DNA of 64,000 nucleotides. It comes from a virus. The first letter of the stretch is position 1, and each line of letters starts with the position of its first letter. The notes below the pieces were generated by a model that was not told the origin of the DNA, did not search any database, and saw only the letters and a program-made list of their open reading frames with translations. A program made the translations under genes and the position numbers. Location of the stretch: the IMG/VR virus record IMGVR_UViG_3300020205_005279, positions 1 through 64,000 of that record; one strand, 5' to 3'. This document shows positions 7,401 through 15,197 of this stretch, in pieces.

Positions 7401-10096
7401 GAAATATCTCCAAAGTCAGAGCAGGAGTTGGTGATGGAAAGGTCGCCACCTGAATCGCAAACGAAGTGATCGGCGTTTCCAATCACAAACACAGAAACAA
7501 TTTGAATTGTGGCGTCGTTGCTGCCTCTCATTCCAAAGTGTCTATATTTAAATGTGTCATTAGCCGATACACGATACTGCTTGCCTACACCATCGACTTT
7601 ATTGGTCGGAGGGTCGAGGTAATATGCCTGGGCATTGAAACAAGTAGGATCGGTTTGAAGACTAACTTGGGTAAAGTTGGCCGTTACCATTGACTTGAAG
7701 CCGCTTACCAACGCACCATCGGCCCATAGGCCGTTCATGCCAAAAATCGATCTTACGGAACAGTTATAGATATAAGGGGAAGAGGAGCGAGTTGAGTTGA
7801 TATCCGGCAGATCAAATACTCTTTGGTCCTGTGAACCCAATCTTTTGATCCTTGTTGCGCCAGGGTACGCAATTGGGGCATCTGAGCGAGAATCACCAAA
7901 TGGCAAACCGGTTTGGTTTTCTTCAGAGTCTGTTTGTCTGAGGTCTTTAGAGTCCGCAATGGGCGCAACAATTGTTGTCTCGGCGCTTATTGGCTCCAGG
8001 CCTTGCGCTCCCCATCCGTCATACTGACCGAAGAGGCTATTGAGTTTGGAGTAATAGGAAGTTTCCCCAGCGCCGCCATTGATCTCGGCCTCAGAAGCAA
8101 AAGTAACAGCGGTTACAGTGTTATGGCTTCTGTGAATTTGTGGGTTGTCGGTGAATGTAAGCAGACTTACATACGTACCACCGGTGACTTTGAAAATGGA
8201 TGTTTGTTCGCGCTGCGGTTCTTCTTCTATAGGATTAAGAGCGGGCACATACATCGGCCTTATTCTTACCTTGCGAAGATCTACTCCGTTAATCGAGATA
8301 CCACGAGGAACAACCAATCCGCCACCGGTAGGGTTGATTAGGGAAAGTCCATCGTAGTAAATTTCGTCGTTAACACTGAAAGCTCCACGTACATACTCAA
8401 GAGTAACGTTCCAAATGGCCGAGCCAATGCTCTCTTTTTCAATTTTTGCAATATTTCCAACGCCGCCACTTTGGGAGTATATGATACGACCAAGACTAAG
8501 AGCGGTTGGGGGTTGGGTGAAGCTGGGGTTAAGAGCGTTGACCTGGATTACGGTGGCCCTATCAAGTTGAGTTACTGTTTCGATAGTAAATCCCGTCTCG
8601 ACGCGTTGAACCAGGCCCGTCGAAGCGGTTAGTCCAGGAATGCTTCCTGCACCAGGTGTATTATCTACATAGTAATCTCCAGGAGCAAGTTGAACAACCA
8701 CTCGGTCATAGCGATCGTTATATTGCCCAGCCCTCCGGCTCTCTCTAACGGCTTGGATGATGGCCCTCTCAATAGACCTAAAAGGCTTTTCTTCTACAAA
8801 TCCTGAGTTGGAGATGGAGTCATCGCCAATAGACGGATCAACGTGGATGATGTTGCGGACAAGAGAGTCTGTAACCGCAAGGCCATCGCGATCACAACGC
8901 GGGGCATCTTGGACCCTAATAAGTCCGCCTTGGCCATTGGCATATACTGCCACCGACTGGTAAAATTCTTTATAACATTTTTGTGAAGAAGGTTCGTAGC
9001 GATAAACTCCTTCGGGTGGGTTCGGAAAAGTAGTAGGAATTGTTTGGCCATCTGGGCACTCAATAGCTAATCTTTGTCCAATGAATTCGCGCCCACCACA
9101 TGAGAGGAACGTTCCCAGTACGGGTGAACAATCTCCACCTGGGGTCTCTTCAAACTTCCACTCAGAGGTGGCTGCGTGGTAGAACAGCTCAATATGAGCG
9201 TCTTTGATATTAATAATCCAGTCATCGACTGAGTTGTTGATTTTTGTATCTGCTCCTGGGCGGATGACGATTGGAAACCGATCAAAGGTACCAGAAATAT
9301 CTACAATGGCGATGCGATCGGAGTCTGTTGGGTTGGTTGGCAACGAGACAATTATTGAACCATTAGAGGTATCGGCAATCACTCTCTGCCAGCTCTTAGC
9401 AACAACAGAGTCTGCGATAATGTCTGTGTTTCGTAGTGTTCGTGGGTAGGTATTTAAATTACCAATATAGACCCCGGGTCTAAGATCGATATAACCTGCT
9501 CCGACAATATCGCCATCTTCATTAGTGGCTAAAGTTGTACCATTTGCGGCCGGAGTGAGCTTAGCTAGCGGAACATGGGGCTGAGCCACTGAAGGCAAAG
9601 ATGATCCGATTGAAATTTCTACGGGCTCATTAGCCACAATGGAGGCTTTTGCTCCCTCCTCATCCACATATAAGTAGTTTGCTTCAATATCGCTTAAAAG
9701 TTGAACAAACTGAATTTCCCAGGTAATAGGTTCACCTTCCGACCCCACAATACTGCCGGCTTCCACCCATACTCCATACGCCCCACCTGTAGTCTCTACT
9801 AGTGCTGGCGGACCCCATACTTTTTCCAGAGTGACCGGATCATACGACCCTAGTACAATACCATCATGGGCGAGTCGGCCTACCCCAGTCTCGTTGTCTT
9901 CGCGAGGATCCGCAATTTCCCAGTCCTTAAGACTATCACGTTGGCCAATTTTCCATCCAGCATGCTCGCCCGAAGTGGGTTCGGTGTAATAATCATCGCG
10001 CGATGTCGGGGCAGAAAAGCTCGAGCCTTTTTGCACCTCATTGAGATATTCTTTGGTTACAATTGTTCCGTTCTGGAACGTAATCTTATCTAGCAT
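4472..10096 (-). CDS. giant tail fibre / virion structural protein
   Basis: cyanomyovirus structural motifs 'KPFRSIERA' and 'SPYIYNCSVRSIFGMNGLWADG..GFKSMV'; gp34-like repeats 'ATTAKAGLVQLA' and 'ASVDQKGIIEIAT'. Confidence 0.8.
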   Translation of the reverse strand: MLDKITFQNGTIVTKEYLNEVQKGSSFSAPTSRDDYYTEPTSGEHAGWKIGQRDSLKDWEIADPREDNETGVGRLAHDGIVLGSYDPVTLEKVWGPPALVETTGGAYGVWVEAGSIVGSEGEPITWEIQFVQLLSDIEANYLYVDEEGAKASIVANEPVEISIGSSLPSVAQPHVPLAKLTPAANGTTLATNEDGDIVGAGYIDLRPGVYIGNLNTYPRTLRNTDIIADSVVAKSWQRVIADTSNGSIIVSLPTNPTDSDRIAIVDISGTFDRFPIVIRPGADTKINNSVDDWIINIKDAHIELFYHAATSEWKFEETPGGDCSPVLGTFLSCGGREFIGQRLAIECPDGQTIPTTFPNPPEGVYRYEPSSQKCYKEFYQSVAVYANGQGGLIRVQDAPRCDRDGLAVTDSLVRNIIHVDPSIGDDSISNSGFVEEKPFRSIERAIIQAVRESRRAGQYNDRYDRVVVQLAPGDYYVDNTPGAGSIPGLTASTGLVQRVETGFTIETVTQLDRATVIQVNALNPSFTQPPTALSLGRIIYSQSGGVGNIAKIEKESIGSAIWNVTLEYVRGAFSVNDEIYYDGLSLINPTGGGLVVPRGISINGVDLRKVRIRPMYVPALNPIEEEPQREQTSIFKVTGGTYVSLLTFTDNPQIHRSHNTVTAVTFASEAEINGGAGETSYYSKLNSLFGQYDGWGAQGLEPISAETTIVAPIADSKDLRQTDSEENQTGLPFGDSRSDAPIAYPGATRIKRLGSQDQRVFDLPDINSTRSSSPYIYNCSVRSIFGMNGLWADGALVSGFKSMVTANFTQVSLQTDPTCFNAQAYYLDPPTNKVDGVGKQYRVSANDTFKYRHFGMRGSNDATIQIVSVFVIGNADHFVCDSGGDLSITNSCSDFGDISLRSIGYKTRSFSQDEGIPSTDFGGTKLLEIIPPLPLTYLGAAPTLVDTEVNTSLVLDYDLTKDWYVANTINEVAPTLIRIYFRNTNSGSPFTEVTNVPTAESMGFSQFSYTRKKSDGSYELVGGSRQNRKQIRIKGFDEVGNSIIYAGDIALIASPSSSPGFEYLDDKSKIFVWDTNEDCWYVNVTTGSIVEEAIDQEPKDGFLLKRINYAFRYKIISNPVGSAAFYSSLDFMFDRSALTLVRGIDRRKNENRIYKVVLDGFQRDKGLRRPQNFYVLEKQSSVSGFPFNGSTTLLDDPLTISQVRTYEEVFPKSNITSKEQGRYVAYLTLASQARKVATGDLYPEGNADEPEQTTDPIDSITRESLVQMLQRPGVYFDKPIEPSVDPINVKVRSASAAPGILIGLRRPSVIRASGHTWEWTGYLNYDTAFPTFQGEPLDQDVALGKIIVENKGGKVYATGMNEEGSFYIGTTVFDLRTGEQFAIPLEADNEPGSVTNQVFNSVVIRSLLAIDDGSSLFFGNDSAIYFDPTTTFNTTTGPITASQTPLPEVYATTAKAGLVQLADTSIIRGALGGGSQGVSKSTAVTAFELAKELNARFDNTVSAGTGIVVTSATVELPGGDPNTAADNITQFLISAKEASVDQKGIIEIATESEVRDFQRDDVAVTPATLIRALGDSIKGVANLRLSLSSTSAVPNSNQSGNALYIHPYNGNEIALYSSNTVTSSSRWYVLKFDGVQTRYLTITGLNGGAALAADTQYDIYLYNSGTINAPVLAVEYVAWGSGQSAPTRTLHDGIQCKNNDKTKRFVGIVRTTTAGNSTIDLGGVLTSAQSASYPKIYLANLYNLYDARAIYFFGTSWNAVANWSTPPGYTIAPRVSFVQASNTLVTAFLDIYNNPQVGGEGATVGYVAPGINTTSGPPDDAFYGETSGFNQTSGSQWARSLDSGLNEIYYLYQQAGSNLINEHPAHGMIVIAKV

Positions 10097-10134
10097 GGTT
10101 TAAGACTGTGGTTTTATATCAGGGGAAATATTCC

Positions 10135-10695
10135 CTATCCAAGACCGGAAATTTCGCTAACCCAGAGTAACCTTCCGGTCCATTCAGCGCTTGGACCGAA
10201 AGAACTTAGTTCTATAAGGATTTTTCTTCCTTGGCCTTTGTAAAAGTCGATGGGGTTGGACGCTGAAAAGTCTAAGAGATCTGCATCTCCGCCCCAGGTA
10301 AGTACAGACGTTCCAAGTTTCCAACTTGCCTCAACTCCCCAGTTAATAGGATAGTCGAAATATGTTGAGAAATTTAATAGCGGATTTTGAGTAAACCTGA
10401 GCAAAATACGGTGCTCGCGATAAAACCCCGAAGGAATATCTAGTGGATTAGTATTTGCAATCGGAAGATTATCCGGCTCAGTTACTTCTACGTCTAAATA
10501 ATTAGAAACGAGAAGAGAGCCCATGGGACTATTTTTTACTGCACCGCCAATTTCAATTGGTGTGCTAATAGAATCCCCGGCCCACATCCGCCCATCTGCC
10601 GTATTAATACACGCTTCGCCTTCATCAAGGTCACCAATAAATGGTTCCTCTCCCGGCAACGAGGTTGTAATGAGTTGGAATGTTGCTTCTGCCAT
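10135..10695 (-). CDS. hypothetical virion/fibre-associated protein
   Basis: 'LDEGEACINTADGRMWAG' fibre N-terminal-type motif; ATG 10695 preferred over TTG 10701. Confidence 0.55.
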   Translation of the reverse strand: MAEATFQLITTSLPGEEPFIGDLDEGEACINTADGRMWAGDSISTPIEIGGAVKNSPMGSLLVSNYLDVEVTEPDNLPIANTNPLDIPSGFYREHRILLRFTQNPLLNFSTYFDYPINWGVEASWKLGTSVLTWGGDADLLDFSASNPIDFYKGQGRKILIELSSFGPSAEWTGRLLWVSEISGLG

Positions 10696-10717
10696 CGACA
10701 ATTAGTATGTCTGATAT

Positions 10718-10746
10718 ACTTTAACCTACCGCTCGCGGTTTAAAGT
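10718..10746. promoter_or_regulatory. divergent pair of putative late promoters (GGTTAAAGT on -, GGTTTAAAGT on +)
   Basis: back-to-back motifs 22 nt and 25 nt from the flanking starts. Confidence 0.6.
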
Positions 10747-10771
10747 AAAAGTATAGCAAAGATTTTTTGTC

Positions 10772-11821
10772 TTGAAGACAGTTTACGTTACTGACGACTT
10801 TAGTACTCTTGGGGGCCTGGGCGCTGTTGCATATGGCGATCCAGAATATTTTCGCGAGGTGCAAAATCAGGTATGGGCGGCATCACCCACCCGATTTGTG
10901 GACATTCAGCGCCCCTCGGATATTTTAGAGTCGCTTATTGGCACAGAATCGGAACTACTAGACGGCGTATTAGAAGTATTAGACGCGGAGTATGAAAAAG
11001 ATGGTGAATTTACAGACTACATAGACATAACCCAAGGGCAAAATTGGAAAGAAAAAGTTTCCAAAGATTTTTTTCCGACTCTGGGCAAAATTGTCGACTC
11101 TGAAAGTTCATACATTACCTCAACCTCGGACTACTTTAACAAAGCTTTAACGTCTATTTTTCCAGGTTTTGTTTCTTCTGAAGATTTTACATCTAATATT
11201 GTGGATTGGCTAGAGGAGTCTAGAATTTCTCCTATAAATACAAATCTTGCCGGCGCAATAATTGCCAATAACCCCCAAACTAAAATTTCTTCGCCTCCAG
11301 TCAATGCCAAAATTGCCCTAAACAATAACGTAGACCTCGGACTCGACTATCGTGGAGTCGAATTTACTAAAGGGTATTCTACTCTGCAGGAGTACTGGGG
11401 AAATATTCCCTACCCAGGAATGGAGTCGCCCTCTATATTGCCAAGTTCGCTTCGTCAAAGTGTCCTTCAAGGATATGTAGGATATGCTTCTACAACCCCA
11501 CTTGAGAAGCTATATAATCCTATTGCGGCTGATTCGATTGGTAGTTTGAATTTGTCATCGCCCCAGGCAATTAATTACTCCGATCCGTTCACCGCCGGAT
11601 CTATTCTTGGTGAGATTCCAGACTTTAAACGTCAGGACGGTGACATCTACTCCATCTCTCTCATCGGAGAGACTATCAATGGCTATACGTCTTTCGACCC
11701 TGCAACCATGTCCAATGGAGACGCCATTGATCGGTCACTAGTTCCTGACTATGAAGGGCAAAACGCCGACCCCGACGGCGGTAAAGCAGGCCTTTCCCGT
11801 ACCTTTACCCCACCATTCTGA
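10772..11821 (+). CDS. baseplate protein with an N-terminal LysM / P2 gpX-like domain
   Basis: 'YVTDDFSTLGGLGAVAYGDPEYFREV'; first gene of the baseplate operon; TTG start. Confidence 0.5.
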   Translation: MKTVYVTDDFSTLGGLGAVAYGDPEYFREVQNQVWAASPTRFVDIQRPSDILESLIGTESELLDGVLEVLDAEYEKDGEFTDYIDITQGQNWKEKVSKDFFPTLGKIVDSESSYITSTSDYFNKALTSIFPGFVSSEDFTSNIVDWLEESRISPINTNLAGAIIANNPQTKISSPPVNAKIALNNNVDLGLDYRGVEFTKGYSTLQEYWGNIPYPGMESPSILPSSLRQSVLQGYVGYASTTPLEKLYNPIAADSIGSLNLSSPQAINYSDPFTAGSILGEIPDFKRQDGDIYSISLIGETINGYTSFDPATMSNGDAIDRSLVPDYEGQNADPDGGKAGLSRTFTPPF

Positions 11822-11824
11822 TTA

Positions 11825-13114
11825 ATGGCTAACATTTACGGACCAATTTTACCTCTGCAGCTTGATAGCCGAAATACGGAGGCTCTTGTGAGAGCGATTC
11901 AAACAAGAATCTATTTGGAGTCCAATGGAACTCTCAACGACTTTACCCCGGCCTCGCCGCTTAGCGCCATTGCCGAAGGCCAAGCATTTGCCCAGGCCGA
12001 GCTTCTCTATTACTTAAATAACCTCCCAGAGGCGTTTAGTTTGCAATGGTTAAGACAACTAGGCATTCAAAGAAAGTTGGGTAGTAAGGCGTTGGTAGAA
12101 GTGTCTTTTTATAAAGTACCTGGATTTCAGCGGGTTTTAATCATTCCCAAAGGGACAAAGGTACTAGCCGACGGAGGCCAGGTATTTGTCACCTTGCAAC
12201 AGGTTCAGATTGCAGAGTCGGACTTTGTAGCCACTGTAGCGTGTCAATCTGAGCGCTGGGGAAGCTCATACAATGTGGCCGGGGGGTCCATTAACAAAAT
12301 TGAAAAGAATTTTGCCGGGTTGGAGTCTCTGAGGAACAATGCTCAAGCCCAAGGAGCCACGGATATTGAGTCGGTTGCCCAGATGAAGCAAAGGGCTTTT
12401 GAAGTGCTTAGCCGACGCAATCTTACAACCTCCTTGGATTTTGACAATGAAGTAACAACTTTGGCCCCAGAGAGCGCTATTGTGAAAGTTTTAACGTACG
12501 AAGAAAGAAATAGTTTAACCTCGGCTTTATCAGGTAATATCGTAATCTGTGTAGGAGATGAAGACGGAAGGGGTCTAGATTCGTCTTCTCTAGCGTTTTT
12601 AATCGACTCGATGAAATCTAGAGTGACTATTGGTACAAATATATCCTTCATTGCGCCAGAGGTGGTGCCTACTGATATTGTTGTTGAGTTATACTATGAT
12701 CCACTTGCCATAAATAGTGGCGTTGATGTGCTCTCTCAGCAAGTTTTTGAAGCGCTTAGTACTTATTTCAATCCGGTAAACTTACCTCTTGGTTCTGAAA
12801 TAAACTATCAGAGCGTGGCCAGAATTCTATATGAGTTTGATTTTATCCAAACAATTAACACATTAGATATAAAAATGATGATTAAAAATCCCGAGGAACT
12901 AGAAGGGATTTGTGCGGGGTTTAGTGGAGAGGAAAGTGAAGACGGTACCAAATGTCTTTATAATTATTTGGCGGTTGTAAATGCCGATGAGCAGGTGTTC
13001 TCTTCACCCTCGCCCATCCTCACTTACAAACTTTTCAAAACCCAGATTGCTTTTACGTCAATCAATGATTTTTCTTCGCTAACATTTTCTTACGATAATC
13101 TATACACCCCATGA
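11825..13114 (+). CDS. baseplate wedge J-like protein (P2 gpJ / Mu gp47 family)
   Basis: 'LNDFTPASPL', 'LGIQRKLG', 'IPKGTKV', 'GSSYNV..GSI' and 'GATDIES' pattern. Confidence 0.85.
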   Translation: MANIYGPILPLQLDSRNTEALVRAIQTRIYLESNGTLNDFTPASPLSAIAEGQAFAQAELLYYLNNLPEAFSLQWLRQLGIQRKLGSKALVEVSFYKVPGFQRVLIIPKGTKVLADGGQVFVTLQQVQIAESDFVATVACQSERWGSSYNVAGGSINKIEKNFAGLESLRNNAQAQGATDIESVAQMKQRAFEVLSRRNLTTSLDFDNEVTTLAPESAIVKVLTYEERNSLTSALSGNIVICVGDEDGRGLDSSSLAFLIDSMKSRVTIGTNISFIAPEVVPTDIVVELYYDPLAINSGVDVLSQQVFEALSTYFNPVNLPLGSEINYQSVARILYEFDFIQTINTLDIKMMIKNPEELEGICAGFSGEESEDGTKCLYNYLAVVNADEQVFSSPSPILTYKLFKTQIAFTSINDFSSLTFSYDNLYTP

Positions 13115-15192
13115 TAAACTTATCCGCTTGGGACTCCATCCCGGCTATTAAAAACCTTAGTCCTCAACTCTCTCCTTCTCATGTCATAGTTGAGTTTGAC
13201 CGCACTAAAAAAATAAAGATTTTTGCCCATCAGCTTGGGAAGATAACATTTGGCCCGGTTCGCAATATTAACTCTGAAAGACAGAAGATAATAAACCGAG
13301 AGATAGAAAACCTCCCACTAGGCGAATTTAGATACAAAAATATTGGGCACGTATTCACTTCTAGCGAAGTATCAGCGCCCCTAACTCAAGAGGATGAGGA
13401 TCAACCTACCTACAAAGTTTATTCCCATGGCCATGCAATTAGCGAGGGAAAGGAGAGTTGCTCTAGAAGCGGTTTGATTTGTGCTCCAGGATCTGGTTCA
13501 GACGCAGTTTGTGCCCCAGGCCGCTGCGTTATAGGCCACGTAACACGAGTTAAAAATACAAAATGGCAATATGAGTCAGTAAAAAAATATGGCACCAGTC
13601 AACTTTCTGTAAGATACTTTTTTAGTCCAGCAGAGGCGGTTAAGTTAAAAACGATTCTTAGAGGAGAGTTTGAAGGACTGAAAATTACTTCTCCGGCAAG
13701 CACTTCTACAACTTTGTACCTACCACCAAAGTTTTATTTTTCCGAAGATTTTTTTGAAACCGCTTTAATTCTTATTGACAAAAGACTAGAAGGAGTAATC
13801 AACTCTCCATTTTCAAATATCATAGGCATAGAAAGTCGCAAAGATACTTTTATTAGAAAATTTATCATCTCCGTATATCCAAACACGTCCGAAGGTTATC
13901 TGAACAATCAACTGAGCGTTCCCATCCTGGAGCAAATTAAAACTTCTTTGGAAAATGCATTTAAAAAATTACCTGAAGTTTGGAAAACTCAAATTAGCAT
14001 AATTATCGAAGAGGAGTGGACAAACCGGCTTATTAACAACCCAACAGGCCTTGAGTTTATTTCTGCATGCTACGACAAAATTGCACAGTTATTTAGTAGT
14101 ATAATACAAGTCACACCGAGTTCGTTAAGGCTGGGCACCATCTCCTACTCTAAGTCAACAATGGCTAGACCAATCTACTCCAGATTGCCTGGCATGGCTG
14201 AAGCCTATCGCTCCGATCCAGCTTTCTCTGATAAGGAAACTCCTTCTCAGTGGTTGGTAAGTGGCGCCGACGAATTTCTAGCAGCAAAAAAAGACGATAT
14301 TGCATCTTTTTATCAAAAGTATCTTTCCCCAGAGACATGTTTAACTCCAACTCTGGCTTGGTTGGCGCAGCATTTAGGCCTTACTGGGGACCTATGGAAT
14401 GATCAGTGGGATCGACCTATCAAAGAGGCGATGATTCGTAACGCGTTTGGATGGTGGGATAGAGGAGGTACAAATGAAGGTAGCAATTCTCTTACTCCTA
14501 AAGGCCAAGCTCTGAGCAAATTTCCCTTTACCAACTCGGCATGGGTAGATGAAGACAACGAAGCTAATTTTCTGCGTCTCAAACTTGACGAAATTGAGAC
14601 AATAACTATTAATCCTGATGGTACATATTATTCCTATGACCCATTCAAAGCCTACTCTAGTAATTCCCATGCCGAGTTGGTAGTAGTTAATGCTCCTCGG
14701 ATCAATAAGTTCCTTTGGAATGGTTTGATAGAGGCCAAGGGTAGTCTGCTTGTAATAGCTTTTCTTGTATCAATTTTTGGGTTAAAGTCTCATAGTCCCG
14801 TGGAGTTAGAGATTATAGACGCAGAACGAAAAATTCTTAAGCCCCGCAGTGGATTACGTAATGCAGAAATTTCTGCTCCGCCTCTCACTCCGTACAAATA
14901 CGATGTCATTCAAGTGGGTACGGAAGACGACGCTGAAATCGGCAATTACACCAATCAACTAGTAGCGGGAGTAAGTAGGGCCTCGAGCATCGAGGAATCT
15001 CGCAATGTGTTTTTTAGAATGCCTTACTACTACAATAGAGATGGTAAGTCTTGGGACAGAACCACTTACATTGCCAAAAACTGGCTCCCCTCCCATCTCA
15101 ATGTAAGAGTCCAATATGCCTATCTTTCTGCTGACCTATGGGCCGTGGGCGATGGTTTTTTTGAGCCAGAAGTATCTTATATTCAGGATTAA
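13111..15192 (+). CDS. baseplate/tail protein with a P2 gpI-like domain
   Basis: 'YLSPETC..TLAWLAQHLGL..WNDQW..KEAMIRNA'; follows the J-like gene with a 4-nt overlap. Confidence 0.65.
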   Translation: MINLSAWDSIPAIKNLSPQLSPSHVIVEFDRTKKIKIFAHQLGKITFGPVRNINSERQKIINREIENLPLGEFRYKNIGHVFTSSEVSAPLTQEDEDQPTYKVYSHGHAISEGKESCSRSGLICAPGSGSDAVCAPGRCVIGHVTRVKNTKWQYESVKKYGTSQLSVRYFFSPAEAVKLKTILRGEFEGLKITSPASTSTTLYLPPKFYFSEDFFETALILIDKRLEGVINSPFSNIIGIESRKDTFIRKFIISVYPNTSEGYLNNQLSVPILEQIKTSLENAFKKLPEVWKTQISIIIEEEWTNRLINNPTGLEFISACYDKIAQLFSSIIQVTPSSLRLGTISYSKSTMARPIYSRLPGMAEAYRSDPAFSDKETPSQWLVSGADEFLAAKKDDIASFYQKYLSPETCLTPTLAWLAQHLGLTGDLWNDQWDRPIKEAMIRNAFGWWDRGGTNEGSNSLTPKGQALSKFPFTNSAWVDEDNEANFLRLKLDEIETITINPDGTYYSYDPFKAYSSNSHAELVVVNAPRINKFLWNGLIEAKGSLLVIAFLVSIFGLKSHSPVELEIIDAERKILKPRSGLRNAEISAPPLTPYKYDVIQVGTEDDAEIGNYTNQLVAGVSRASSIEESRNVFFRMPYYYNRDGKSWDRTTYIAKNWLPSHLNVRVQYAYLSADLWAVGDGFFEPEVSYIQD

Positions 15193-15197
15193 CACAA